Of a DNA stretch of 64,000 nt, positions 15,501 to 31,460 are shown one piece after another. Numbering within the stretch: the first letter of the stretch is position 1; each line of letters starts with the position of its first letter. Source of the stretch: Eledone cirrhosa (lineage: Eukaryota); contig OZ024754.1 of assembly GCA_964016885.1 (NCBI GenBank), positions 20,584,001 through 20,648,000 of the forward strand, written 5' to 3'. The position numbers and the translations under genes are program-made. Under the pieces are notes generated by a model. It saw only the letters and a program-made list of their open reading frames with translations, was not told the origin of the DNA and did no database searches.

Positions 15501-18500
15501 CTCCCATATTAGCCTTGCTTTTAACATAGTCTCCCTCCCATGTTAGCCTTCGTATTAACATAGTCTCCCTCCCATGTTAGCCTTCGTATTAACATAGACT
15601 CCCTCCCATATTACCCTTGGTATTAACATAGAGACTCCCTCCCATATTAGACTTGGTATTAACATAGACTCACTCCCATATTACCCTTGGTATTAACATA
15701 GGGACTCCCTCCTATATTACCCATAGTATTAACATAGACTCCCTCCCATATTACCCTTGGTATTAACATAGGGACTCCCTCCCATATTACCCTTGGTATT
15801 AACATAGAGACCCCCCCCTCCATATTACCCTTGGTATTAACATAGACTCCCTCCCATATTACCCTTGGTATTAACATAGACTCCATCCCATATTACCCTT
15901 GGTATTAACATAGACTCCCTCACATATTACCCTTGGTGTTAACATAGACTCCCTCGCATATTACCGTTGGTATTAACATAGGGACTCCCTCCCATATTAG
16001 CCTTGGTATTAACATAGATTCCCTCCCATATTACCCTTGGTATTTACATAGACTCCCTCCCATATTACCCTTGGTATTAACATAGACTCCCTCCCATATT
16101 ACCCTTGGTATTAACATAGCGACTCCCTCCCATATTAGCCTTGGTATTAACATAGACACCCTCCCATCTTACCCTTGGTATTAACATAGACTCCCTCCCA
16201 TATTACCCTTGGTATTAACATAGACTCCCTCCCATGTTAGCCTTGGTATTAACATAGACTCTTTCCCATATTAGCCTTGGTATTAACATAGACTCCCTCC
16301 CATATTACCCTTGGTATTAACATAGACTCCCTCCAATATTAGCCTTGGTATTAACATAGACACCCTCCCATATTACCCTTGGTATTAACATAGACTCCCT
16401 CCCATATTACCCTTGGTATTAACATAGACTCCCTCCCATATTACCCTTGTTATTAACATAGGGACTCCCTCCCATATTACCCTTGGTATTAACATAGACT
16501 CCCTCCCATATTACCCTTGGTATTATCATAGGGACTCCCTCCCATATTACCATTGGTATTAACATAGACTCCCTTCCATATTACCCTTGGTATTAACATA
16601 GACTCCCTCCCATATTACCCTTGGTATTATCATAGGGACTCCCTCCCATATTACCCTTGGTATTAACATAGACTCCCTCCCATATTAGACTTGGTATTAA
16701 CATAAACTTCCTCCCATATTACCCTTGGTATTAACATAGGGACTCCCTCCCATATCACCCTTGGTATTAACATAGACTCCCTCCCATATTACCCTTGGTA
16801 TTAACATAGACACCCTCCCATATTACCCTTGGTATTATCATAGGTACACCCTCCCATATTACCCTTGGTATGAACATAGACTACCTCCCATATTACCCTG
16901 GGTCTTAACATAGACTCCCTCCCATATTACCCTTGGTATTAACATCGGGACTCCCTCCCATATTACCCTTGGTATTAACATAGAGACTCCCTCCCATATT
17001 ACCCTTGGTATTAATATAGAGACTCCCTCCCATATTACCCTTGGTGTTAACATAGACTCCCTCCCATATTACCCTTGGTATTAACATAGACTCCCTCCCA
17101 TATTACCCTTGGTATTAACATAGGGACTCCCTCCCATATTACCCTTGGTATTAACATAGGGACTCCCTCCCATATCACCCTTGGTATTAACATAGAGACT
17201 CCCCCCATATTACCCTTGGTATTAACATAGAGACTCCCTCCCATATTAACCTTGGTATTAACATAGACTACCTCCCATATTACCCTGGGTCTTAACATAG
17301 ACTCCCTCCCTTATTAGACTTGGTATTAACATAGACTCCCTCCCATATTAGCATTGGTATTTACATAGACTCCCTCCCATATTACCCTTGGTATTATCAT
17401 AGGGACTCCCTCCCATATTACCCTTGGTATTATCATAGGGACTCGCTCCCATATTACTCTTGGTATTAACATAGACTCCCTCCCATATTACCCTTGTATT
17501 AACATAGACACCCTCCCATATTACCCTTGGTAATATCATAGGTACACCCTCCCATATTACCCTTGGTATTAACATAGACTACCTCCCATATTACCCTGGG
17601 TCTTAACATAGACTCCCTCCCATATTACCCTTGGTATTAACATAGACTCCCTCCCATATTACCCTTGGTATTAACATAGGGACTCCCTCCCATATTAGCC
17701 TTGGTATTAACATAGACTCCCTCCCATATTACCCTTGGTATTTACATAGACTGCCTCCCATATTACCCTTGGTATTAACATAGACACACTCCCATATTAC
17801 CCTTGGTATTATCATAGACTCCCTCCCATATTAACCTTGGTGTTAACATAGACTCCCTCCCATATTATCCTTGGTACTAACATAGGGACTCCCTCACATA
17901 TTTGCCTTGGTATTAACATAGACTCCCTCCCATATTTGCCTTGGTATTAACATAGACTCCCTCCCATATTAGCATTGGTAATTACATAGACTACCTCCCA
18001 TATTACCCTTGGTATTAACGTAGACTCCCTCCCATGTTAGCCTTGGTATTAACATAGACTACCTCCCATATTACCCTGGGTCTTAACATAGACTCCCTCC
18101 CATATTAGACTTGGTATTAACATAGACTACCTCCCATATTATCATTGGTATTTACATAGACTCCCTCCCATATTACCCTTGGTATTAACATAGACTACCT
18201 CCCATATTACCCTGGGTCTTAACATAGACTCCCTCCCATATTAGACTTGGTATTAACATAAACTCCCTCCCATATTAGCATTGGTATTTACATAGACTCC
18301 CTCCCATATTACCCTTGGTATTAACATAGACTCCCTCCCATATTACCCTTGGTATTAACATAGGGACTCCCTCCCATATTAGCCTTGGTATTAACATAGA
18401 CACCCTCACATATTACCCATGGTATTAACATAGACTCCCTCCCATATTACCCTTGGTATTAACATAGACACCCTCCCATATTACCCTTGGTATTATCATA

Positions 18501-20299
18501 GGGACTCCCTCCCATATTACCTTTGGTATTAACATAGACTCCCTCCCATATTACCCTTGGTATTAACATAGACTCCCTCCCATATTACCCTTGGTATTAT
18601 CATAGAGACTCGCTCCCATATTACCCTTGGTATTAACATAGACTCCCTCCCATATTACCCTTGGTATTAACATAGACACCCTCCCATATTACCCTTGGTA
18701 TTATCATAGGTACACCCTCCAATATTACCCTTGGTATGAACATAGACTACCTCCCATATTACCCTGGGTCTTAACATAGACTCCCTCCCAAATTAGACTT
18801 GGTATTAACATAGACTCCCTCCCATATTACCCTTGGTATTAACATAGGGACTCCCTCCCATATTACCCTTGGTATTAACATAGAGACTCCCTCCCATATT
18901 ACCCTTGGTATTAATATAGAGACTCCCTCCCATATTACCCTTGGTGTTAACATAGACTCCCTCCCATATTACCCTTGGTATTAACATAGACTCCCTCCCA
19001 TATTACCCTTGGTATTAACATAGGGACTCCCTCCCATATTACCCTTGGTATTAACATAGGGACTCCCTCCCATATTAGCCTTGGTATTAACATAGACTCC
19101 CTCCCATATTAGCCTTGGTATTTATATAGACTCACTCCCATACTACCCTTGGTATTAACATAGACTCCCTCCCATATTAGCCTTGGTATTAACATAGAGA
19201 CCCCCCCATATTACCCTTGGTATTAATATAGACTCCCTCCCATATTACCCTTGGTATTAACATAGACCCCCTCCCATATTACCCATGGTATTAGCATAGA
19301 CTCCCTCCCATATTACCCTTGGTATTAACATAGACTCCCTCCCATATTACCCTTGGTATTAACATAGACTACCTCCCATATTACCCTGGGTCTTAACATA
19401 GATTCCCTCCCATATTAGACATGGTATTAACATAGACTCCCTCCCATATTACCCTTGGTATTAACATAGGGACTCCCTCCCATATTACCCTTGGTATTAA
19501 CATAGAGACTCCCCCCATATTACCCTTGGTATTAATATAGAGACTCCCTCCCATATTACCCTTGGTGTTAACATAGACTCCCTCCCATATTACCCTTGGT
19601 ATTAACATAGACTCCCTCCCATATTACCCTTGGTATTAACATAGGGACTCCCTCCCATATTACCCTTGGTATTAACATAGGGACTCCCTCCCATATTAGC
19701 CTTGGTATTAACATAGGGACTCCCTCCCATATTAGCCTTGGTATTAACATAGACTCCCTTCCATATTAGCCTTGGTATTTACATAGACACAATCCCATAT
19801 TACCCTTGGTATTAACATAGACTCCCTCCCATATTAGCCTTGGTATTAACATAGGTACACCCTCCCATATTACCCTTGGTATTAACATAGACTCCCTCCC
19901 ATATTACCCTTGGTATTATCATAGGGACTCCCTCCCATATTACCCTTGGTATTAACATAGACTCCCTCCCATATTAGACTTGGTGTAAACATAGACTCCC
20001 CCCCATATTACCTTTGGTATTAACATAGTGACTCCCTCCCATATCACCCTTGGTATTAACATAGAGACTCCCCCCATATTACCCTTGCTATTAATATAGA
20101 GACTCCCTCCCATATTAACCTTGGTGTTAACATAGACTCCCTCCCATATTACCCTTGGTATTAACATAGGGACTCCCTCCCATATTTGCCTTGGTATTAA
20201 CATAGACTCCCTCCCATATTAGCATTGGTAATTACATAGACTACCTCCCATATTACCCTTGGTATTAACAGAGACTCCCTCCCATATTACCCTGGGTCT

Positions 20300-23200
20300 T
20301 AACATAGACTCCCTCCCATATTAGACTTTGTATTAACATAGACTACCTCCCATATTAGCATTGGTATTTACATAGACTCCCTCCCATATTACCCTTGGTA
20401 TTAACATAGACTACCTCCCATATTACCCTGGGTCTTAACATAGACTCCCTCCCATATTAGACTTGGTATTAACATAGATTCCCTCCCATATTAGCATTGG
20501 TATTTACATAGACTCCCTCCCATATTACCCTTAGTATTAACATAGACTCCCTCCCATATTACCCTTGGTATTAACATAGGGACTCCTTCCCATATTAGCC
20601 TTGGTATTAACATAGAGACCCTCCCATATTACCCTTGGTATTGACATAGACTCCCTCCCATATTACCCTTGGTATTAACATAGACTCCCGCCCATGTTAG
20701 CCTTGGTATTAACATAGACTCTTTCCCATATTAGCCTTGGTATTAACATAAACTCCCTCCCATATTACCCTTAGTATTATCATAGGGACTCCCTCCCATA
20801 TTACCCTTGGTATTAACATAGACTCCCTCCCATATTACCCTTGGTATTAACATAGACACCCTCCCATATTACCCTTGGTATTATCATAGGGACTCCCTCC
20901 CATATTACCTTTGGTATTAACATAGACTCCCTCCCATATTACCCTTGGTATTAACATAGACTCCCTCCCATATTACCCTTGGTATTATGATAGGGACTCG
21001 CTCCCATATTACCCTTGGTGTTAACATAGACTCCCTCCCATATTACCCTTGGTATTAACATAGACACCCTCCCATATTACCCTTGGTATTATCATAGGTA
21101 CACCCTCCCATATTACCCTTGGTATTAACATAGACTACCTCCCATATTACCCTGGGTCTTAACATAGACTCCCTCCCATATTAGACTTGGTATTAACATA
21201 GACTCCCTCCCATATTACCCTTGGTATTAACATAGGGACTCCCTCCCATATTACCCTTGGTATTAACATAGAGACTCCCCCCATATTACCCTTGGTATTA
21301 ATATAGAGACTCCCTCCCATATTACCCTTGGTGTTAACATAGACTCCCTCCCATATTACCCTTGGTATTAACATAGGGACTCCCTCCCATATTACCCTTG
21401 GTATTAACACAGGGACTCCCTCCCATATTAGCTTTGGTATTAACATAGACTCCCTCCCATATTACCCTTGGTATTAACATAGACTCCCTCCCATATTACC
21501 CTTGGTATTAACATAGACTCCTCCCATATTACCCTTGGTATTAACAGACTTTCTCCCATATCAGCCTTGGTATTAACATAGAGACTCCGACCCCCATATT
21601 ACCCTTGGTATTAACATAGACTCGCTCCCATATTACCCTTGGTATTAACATAGACTCCCTCCCATATTGCCCTTGGTATTATCATAGACTCCCTCACATA
21701 TTACCCTTGGTATTAACATAGACTCCCTCCCATATTACCCTTGGTATTAACATAGGGACTCCCTCCCATATTACCCTTGGTATTAACATAGAGACCGCCC
21801 CCCATATTACCCATGGTATAAACATAGACTCCCTCCCATATTACCCTTGGTATTAACATAGACTCCATCCCATATTACCCTTGGTATTAACATAGACTCC
21901 CTCACATATTACAATTGGTGTTAACATAGACTCCCTCCCATATTACGGTTGGTATTAACATAGGGACTCCCTCCCATATTAGCCTTGGTATTAACATAGG
22001 GACTCCCTCCCATATTAGCCTTGGTATTAACATAGACTCCCTCCCATATTAGCCTTGGTATTTACATAGACTCCCTCCCATATTACCCTTGGTATTAACA
22101 TAGACTGCCTCCCATATTACCCTTGGTATTAACATAGGAACTCCCTCCCATATTAGCCTTGGTATTAACATAGAGACTCCCTCCCATATTACCCTTGGTA
22201 TTAATTTAGACTCACTCCCATATTACCCTTGGTATTAACATAGACTACCTCCCATATTAGCCGTGGTATTAACATAGAGACCCCCCCATATTACCCTTGG
22301 TATTAATATAGACTCCCTCCCATATTACCCTTGGTATTAACATAGACTCCCTCCCATATTACCCTTGGTATTAACATAGACTACCTCCCATATTACCCTG
22401 GGTCTTAACATAGACTCCCTCCCATATTAGACTTGGTATTAACATAGACTCCCTCCCATATTACCCTTGGTATTAACATAGAGACTCCCCCCCATATTAC
22501 TCTTGGTATTAATATAGAGACTCCCTCCCATATTACCCTTGGTGTTAACATAGACTCCCTCCCATATTACCCTTGGTATTAACATAGACTACCTCCCATA
22601 TTACCCTTGGTATTAACATAGGGACTCCCTCCCATATTACCCTTGGTATTAACATAGGGACTCCCTCCCATATTAGCCTTGGTATTAACATAGACTCCCT
22701 CCCATATTAGCCTTGGTATTTACATAGACTCCCTCCCATATTACCCTTGGTATTAACATAGACACACTCCCATATTACCCTTGGTATTAACATAGATTCC
22801 CTCCCATATTAGCCTTGGTATTATCATAGGGACTCCCTCCCATATTACCCTTGGTATTAACATAAACTCACTCCCATATTAGACTTGGTATTAACATAGA
22901 CTCCCTCCCATATTACCCTTGGTATTAACATAGTGACTCCCTCCCATATCACCCTTGGTATTAACATAGAGACTCCCCCCATATTACCCTTGGTATTAAT
23001 ATAGAGACACCCACCCATATTAATCTTGGTGTTAACATAGACTCCCTCCCATATTACCCTTGGTATTAACATAGGGACTCCCTCCCATATTTGCCTTGGT
23101 ATTAACATAGACTCCCTCCCATATTAGCATTGGTAATTACATAGACTACCTCCCATATTACCCTTGGTATTAATAGAGACTCCCTCCCATGTTAGCCTTG

Positions 23201-26200
23201 GTATTAACATAGACTACCTCCCATATTACCCTGGGTCTTAACATAGACTCCCTCCCATATTAGACTTGGTATTAACATAGACTACCTCCCATATTAGCCT
23301 TGGTATTTACATAGACTCCCTCCCATATTACCCTTGGTATTAACATAGACTACCTCCCATATTACCCTGGGTCTTAACATAGACCTCCTCCCATATTAGA
23401 CTTGGTATTAACATAGACTCCCTCCCATATTAGCATTGGTATTTACATAGACTCCCTCCCATATTACCCTTAGTATTAACATAGACTCCCTCCCATATTA
23501 CCCTTGGTGTTAACATAGGGACTCCCTCCCATATTACCCTTCGTATTATCATAGGGACTCCCTCCCATATTACCCTTGGTATTAACATAGACTCCCTCCC
23601 ATATTACCCTTGGTATTAACATAGACACCCTCCCATATTACCCTTGGTTTTATCATAGGGACTCCCTCCCATATTACCTTTGGTATTAACATAGACTCCC
23701 TCCCATATTACCCTTGGTATTAACATAGACTCACTCCCATATTACCCTTGGTATTATCATAGGGACTCGCTCCCATATTACCCTTGGTATTAACATAGAC
23801 TCCCTCCCATATTACCCTTGGTATTAACATAGACACCCTCCCATATTACCCTTGGTATTATCATAGGTACACCCTCCCATATTACCCTTGGTATTAACAT
23901 AGACTACCTCCCATATTACCCTGGGTCTTAACATAGACTCCCTCCCATATTAGACTTGGTATTAACATAGACTCCCTCCCATATTAGCATTGGTATTTAC
24001 ATAGACTCCCTCCCATATTACCCTTAGTATTAACATAGACTCCCTCCCATATTACCCTTGGTATTAACATAGGGACTCCCTCCCATATTAACCTTGGTAT
24101 TGACATAGACTCCCTCCCATTTTACCCTTGGTATTAACATAGACTCCCGCCCATGTTAGCCTTGGTATTAACATAGACTCTTTCCCATATTAGCCTTGGT
24201 ATTAACATAGACTCCCTCCCATATTAGCCTTGGTATTAACATAAACTCCCTCCCATATTACCCTTGGTATTATCATAGGGACTCCCTCCCATATTACCCT
24301 TGGTATTAACATAGACTCCCTCCCATATTACCCTTGGTATTAACATAGACACCCTCCCATATTACCCTTGGTATTATCATAGGGACTCCCTCCCATATTA
24401 CCTTTGGTATTAACATAGACTCCCTCCCATATTACCCTTGGTATTAACATAGACTCCCTCCCATATTACCCTTGGTATTAACATAGACACCCTCCCATAT
24501 TACCCTTGGTATTATCATAGGTACACCCTCCCATATTACCATTGGTATTAACATAGACTACCTCCCATATTACCCTGGGTCTTAACATAGACTCCCTCCC
24601 ATATTAGACTTGGTATTAACATAGACTCCCTCCCATATTACCCTTGGTATTAACATAGGGACTCCCTCCCATATTACCCTTGGTATTAACATAGAGACTC
24701 CCCCCATATTACCCTTGGTATTAATATAGAGACTCCCTCCCATATTACCCTTGGTGTTAACATAGACTCCCTCCCATATTACCCTTGGTATTAACATAGG
24801 GACTCCTTCCCATATTACCCTTGGTATTAACACAGGGACTCCCTCCCATATTAGCTTTGGTATTAACATAGACTCCCTCCCATATTACCCTTGGTATTAA
24901 CATAGACTCCCTCCCATATTACCCTTGGTATTAACATAGACTCCTCCCATATTACCCTTGGTATTAACAGACTTTCTCCCATATCAGCCTTGGTATTAAC
25001 ATAGAGACTCCGACCCCCATATTACCCTTGGTATCAACATAGACTCGCTCCCATATTACCCTTGGTATTAACATAGACTCCCTCCCATATTGCCCTTGGT
25101 ATTATCATAGACTCCCTCACATATTAGCCTTGGTATTAACATAGACTCCCTCCCATATTACCCTTGGTATTAACATAGGGACTCCCTCCCATATTACCCT
25201 TGGTATTAACATAGAGACCGCCCCCCATATTACCCATGGTATAAACATAGACTCCCTCCCATATTACCCTTGGTATTAACATAGACTCCATCCCATATTA
25301 CCCTTGGTATTAACATAGACTCCCTCACATATTACAATTGGTGTTAACATAGACTCCATCCCATATTACGGTTGGTATTAACATAGGGACTCCCTCCCAT
25401 ATTAGCCTTGGTATTAACATAGGGACTCCCTCCCATATTAGCCTTGGTATTAACATAGACTCCCTCCCATATTAGCCTTAGTATTTACATAGACTCCCTC
25501 CCATATTACCCTTGGTATTAACATAGACTGCCTCCCATATTACCCTTGGTATTAACATAGGAACTCCCTCCCATATTAGCCTTGGTATTAACATAGAGAC
25601 TCCCTCCCATATTACCCTTGGTATTAATTTAGACTCACTCCCATATTACCCTTGGTATTAACATAGACTCACTCCTATATTACCCTTGGTATTAACATAG
25701 ACTACCTCCCATATTAGCCTTGGTATTAACATAGAGACCCCCCCCCCCATATTACCCTTGGTATTAATATAGACTCCCTCCCATATTACCCTTGGTATTA
25801 ACATAGACTCCCTCCCATATTACCCTTGGTATTAACATAGACTACCTCCCATATTACCCTGGGTCTTAACATAGACTCCCTCCCATATTAGACTTGGTAT
25901 TAACATAGACTCCCTCCCATATTACCCTTGGTATTAACATAGAGACTCCCCCCATATTACCCTTGGTATTAATATAGAGACTCCCTCCCATATTACCCTT
26001 GGTGTTAACATAGACTCCCTCCCATATTACCCTTGGTATTAACATAGACTCCCTCCCATATTACCCTTGGTATTAACATAGGGACTCCCTCCCATATTAC
26101 CCTTGGTATTAACATAGGGACTCCCTCCCATATTAGCCTTGGTATTAACATAGACTCCCTCCCATATTAGCCTTGGTATTTACATAGACTCCCTGCCATA

Positions 26201-27000
26201 TTACCCTTGGTATTAACATAGACAAACTCCCATATTACCCTTGGTATTAACATAGATTCCCTCCCATATTAGCCTTGGTATTATCATAGGGACTCCCTCC
26301 CATATTACCCTTGGTATTAACATAGTGACTCCCTCCCATATCACCCTTGGTATTAACATAGAGACTCCCTCCCATATCACCCTTGGTATTAACATAGAGA
26401 CTCCCCCCATATTACCCTTGGTATTAATATAGAGACACCCACCCATATTAACCCTGGTGTTAACATAGACTCCCTCCCATATTACCCTTGGTATTAACAT
26501 AGGGACTCCCTCCCATATTTGCCTTGGTATTAACATAGACTCCCTCCCATATTAGCATTGGTAATTACATAGACTACCTCCCATATTACCCTTGGTATTA
26601 ATAGAGACTCCCTCCCATGTTAGCCTTGGTATTAACATAGACTACCTCCCATATTACCCTGGGTCTTAACATAGACTCCCTCCCATATTAGACTTGGTAT
26701 TAACATAGACTACCTCCCATATTAGCATTGGTATTTACATAGACTCCCTCCCATATTACCCTTGGTATTAACATAGACTACCTCCCATATTACCCTGGGT
26801 CTTAACATAGACCTCCTCCCATATTAGACTTGGTATTAACATAGACTCCCTCCCATATTAGCATTGGTATTTACATAGACTCCCTCCCATATTACCCTTA
26901 GTATTAACATAGACTCCCTCCCATATTACCCTTGGTGTTAACATAGGGACTCCCTCCCATATTAGCCTTGGTATTAACATAGACACCCTCCCATATTACC
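20300..27000. repeat. Higher-order duplication, about 3.4 kb unit, 2 copies
   Basis: An identical 95-aa ORF signature occurs at 21159 and 24582 (3423). AACAGACTTTCTCCC occurs at 21543 and 24966 (3423), and CAATTG at 21912 and 25335 (3423). AGACCTCCTCCC occurs near 23381 and 26809. Confidence 0.85.
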
Positions 27001-27039
27001 CTTGGTATTAACATAGACTCCCTCCCATATTACCCTTGG

Positions 27040-30000
27040 TATTAACATAGACACCCTCCCATGTTAGCCTTGGTATTAACATAGACTCTTTCCCATATTA
27101 GCCTTGGTATTAACATAGAATCCCTCCCATATTAGCCTTGGTATTAACATAGACTCCCTCCCATATTACCCTTGGTATTATCATAGGGACTCCCTCCCAT
27201 ATTACCCTTGGTATTAACATAGACTCCCTCCCATATTACCCTTGGTATTAACATAGACACCCTCCCATATTACCCTTGGTTTTATCATAGGGACTCCCTC
27301 CCATATTATTTTTGGTATTAACATAGACTCCCTCCCATATTACCCTTGGTATTAACATAGACTCCCTCCCATATTACCCTTGGTATTATCATAGGGACTC
27401 GCTCCCATATTACCCTTGGTATTAACATAGACTCCCTCCCATATTACCCTTGGTATTAACATAGACACCCTCCCATATTACCCTTGGTATTATCATAGGT
27501 ACACCCTCCCATATTACCCTTGGTATTAACATAGACTACCTCCCATATTACCCTGGGTCTTAACATAGACTCCCTCCCATATTAGACTTGGTATTAACAT
27601 AGACTCCCTCCCATATTACGCTTGGTATTAACATAGGGCCTCCCCCCATATTACCCTTGGTATTAATATAGAGACTCCCTCCCATATTACCCTTGGTGTT
27701 AACATAGACTCCCTCCCATATTACCCTTGGTATTAACATAGAATCCCTCCCATATTACCCTTGGTATTAACATAGGGACTCCCTCCCATATTACCCTTGG
27801 TATTAACACAGGGACTCCCTCCCATATTAGCCTTGGTATTAACATAGACTCCCTCCCATATTAGCCTTGGTATATACATAGACTCGCTCCCATATTACCC
27901 TTGGTATTAACATAGACTCCCTCCCATATTACCCTTGGTATTAACATAGACTCCCTCCCATATTACCCTTGGTATTAACATAGAGACCGCCCCCCATATA
28001 ACCCATGGTATAAACATAGACTCCATCCCATATTACCCTTGGTATTAACATAGACTCCATCCCATATTACCCTTGGTATTAACATAGACTCCCTCACATA
28101 TTACAATTGGTGTTAACATAGACTCCCTCCCATATTACGGTTGGTATTAACATAGGGACTCCCTCCCATATTACCCTCGGTATTAACACAGGGACTCCCT
28201 CCCATATTACCCTTGGTATTAACAGAGACTCCTTCCCATATTACCCTTGGTATTAACATAGGGACTCCCTCCCATATTAGCCTTGGTATTAACATAGACT
28301 CCCTCCCATATTACCCTTGGTATTAACATAGACTCCCTCCCATATTACCCTTGGTATTAACATAGACTCCCTCCCATGTTAGCCTTGGTATTAACAAAGA
28401 CTCCTTCCCATATTAGCCTTCGCATTAACATAGACTCCCTCCCATATTAGCCTTGGTATTAACATAGACTCCCTCCCATATTACCCTTGGTATTAACATA
28501 GACTCGCTCCCATATTACCCTTGGTATTAACATAGACACCCTCCCATGTTAGCCTTGGTATTAACATAGACTCTTTCCCATATTAGCCTTGGTATTAACA
28601 TAGAATCCCTCCCATATTAGCCTTGGTATTAACATAGACTCCCTCCCATATTACCCTTGGTATTATCATAGGGACTCCCTCCCATATTACCCTTGGTATT
28701 AACATAGACTCCCTCCCATATTACCCTTGGTATTAACATAGACACCCTCCCATATTACCCTTGGTTTTATCATAGGGACTCCCTCCCATATTATTTTTGG
28801 TATTAACATAGACTCCCTCCCATATTACCCTTGGTATTAACATAGACTCCTTCCCATATTACCCTTGGTATTATCATAGGGACTCGCTCCCATATTACCC
28901 TTGGTATTAACATAGACTCCCTCCCATATTACCCTTGGTATTAACATAGACACCCTCCCATATTACCCTTGGTATTATCATAGGTACACCCTCCCATATT
29001 ACCCTTGGTATTAACATAGACTACCTCCCATATTACCCTGGGTCTTAACATAGACTCCCTCCCATATTAGACTTGGTATTAACATAGACTCCCTCCCATA
29101 TTACGCTTGGTATTAACATAGGGCCTCCCCCCATATTACCCTTGGTATTAATATAGAGACTCCCTCCCTATTACCCTTGGTGTTAACATAGACTCCCTCC
29201 CATATTACCCTTGGTATTAACATAGAATCCCTCCCATATTACCCTTGGTATTAACATAGGGACTCCCTCCCATATTACCCTTGGTATTAACACAGGGACT
29301 CCCTCCCATATTAGCCTTGGTATTAACATAGACTCCCTCCCATATTAGCCTTGGTATTTACATAGACTCGCTCCCATATTACCCTTGGTATTAACATAGA
29401 CTCCCTCCCATATTACCCTTGGTATTAACATAGACTCCCTCCCATATTACCCTTGGTATTAACATAGAGACCGCCCCCCATATAACCCATGGTATAAACA
29501 TAGACTCCATCCCATATTACCCTTGGTATTAACATAGACTCCATCCCATATTACCCTTGGTATTAACATAGACTCCCTCACATATTACAATTGGTGTTAA
29601 CATAGACTCCCTCCCATATTACGGTTGGTATTAACATAGGGACTCCCTCCCATATTACCCTCGGTATTAACACAGGGACTCCCTCCCATATTACCCTTGG
29701 TATTAACAGAGACTCCTTCCCATATTACCCTTGGTATTAACATAGGGACTCCCTCCCATATTAGCCTTGGTATTAACATAGACTCCCTCCCATATTACCC
29801 TTGGTATTAACATAGACTCCCTCCCATATTACCCTTGGTATTAACATAGACTCCCTCCCATGTTAGCCTTGGTATTAACAAAGACTCCTTCCCATATTAG
29901 CCTTCGCATTAACATAGACTCCCTCCCATATTAGCCTTGGTATTAACATAGACTCCCTCCCATATTACCCTTGGTATTAACATAGACTCGCTCCCATATT

Positions 30001-31460
30001 ACCCTTGGTATTAACATAGACACCCTCCCATGTTAGCCTTGGTATTAACATAGACTCTTTCCCATATTAGCCTTGGTATTAACATAGAATCCCTCCCATA
30101 TTAGCCTTGGTATTAACATAGACTCCCTCCCATTTTACCCTTGGTATTATCATAGGGACTCCCTCCCATATTACCCTTGGTATTAACATAGACTCCCTCC
30201 CATATTACCCTTGGTATTAACATAGACACCCTCCCATATTACCCTTGGTTTTATCATAGGGACTCCCTCCCATATTATTTTTGGTATTAACATAGACTCC
30301 CTCCCATATTACCCTTGGTATTAACATAGACTCCCTCCCATATTACCCTTGGTATTATCATAGGGACTCGCTCCCATATTACCCTTGGTATTAACATAGA
30401 CTCCCTCCCATATTACCCTTGGTATTAACATAGACACCCTCCCATATTACCCTTGGTATTATCATAGGTACACCCTCCCATATTACCCTTGGTATTAACA
30501 TAGACTACCTCCCATATTACCCTGGGTCTTAACATAGACTCCCTCCCATATTAGACTTGGTATTAACATAGACTCCCTCCCATATTACGCTTGGTATTAA
30601 CATAGGGCCTCCCCCCATATTACCCTTGGTATTAATATAGAGACTCCCTCCCATATTACCCTTGGTGTTAACATAGACTCCCTCCCATATTACCCTTGGT
30701 ATTAACATAGAATCCCTCCCATATTACCCTTGGTATTAACATAGGGACTCCCTCCCATATTACCCTTGGTATTAACACAGGGACTCCCTCCCATATTAGC
30801 CTTGGTTTTTACATAGACTCGCTCCCATATTACACTTGGTATTAACATAGACTCCCTCCCATATTACCCTTGGTATTAACATAGACTCCCTCCCATATTA
30901 CCCTTGGTATTAACATAGAGACCGCCCCCCATATAACCCATGGTATAAACATAGACTCCATCCCATATTACCCTTGGTATTAACATAGACTCCATCCCAT
31001 ATTACCCTTGGTATTAACATAGACTCCCTCACATATTACAATTGGTGTTAACATAGACTCCCTCCCATATTACGGTTGGTATTAACATAGGGACTCCCTC
31101 CCATATTACCCTCGGTATTAACACAGGGACTCCCTCCCATATTACCCTTGGTATTAACAGAGACTCCTTCCCATATTACCCTTGGTATTAACATAGGGAC
31201 TCCCTCCCATATTAGCCTTGGTATTAACATAGACTCCCTCCCATATTACCCTTGGTATTAACATAGACTCCCTCCCATATTACCCTTGGTATTAACATAG
31301 ACTCCCTCCCATGTTAGCCTTGGTATTAACAAAGACTCCTTCCCATATTAGCCTTCGCATTAACATAGACTCCCTCCCATATTAGCCTTGGTATTAACAT
31401 AGACTCCCTCCCATATTACCCTTGGTATTAACATAGACTCGCTCCCATATTACCCTTGGT
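27040..31460. repeat. Higher-order repeat, 1485-bp unit, 3 tandem copies
   Basis: The private variant TTATTTTTGG occurs at 27306, 28791 and 30275 (offsets 1485 and 1484; a 1-bp deletion lies near 29168). ORF signatures at 28113/29597/31048 give offsets 1484 and 1451 (= 1485 minus one 34-mer). Confidence 0.9.
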
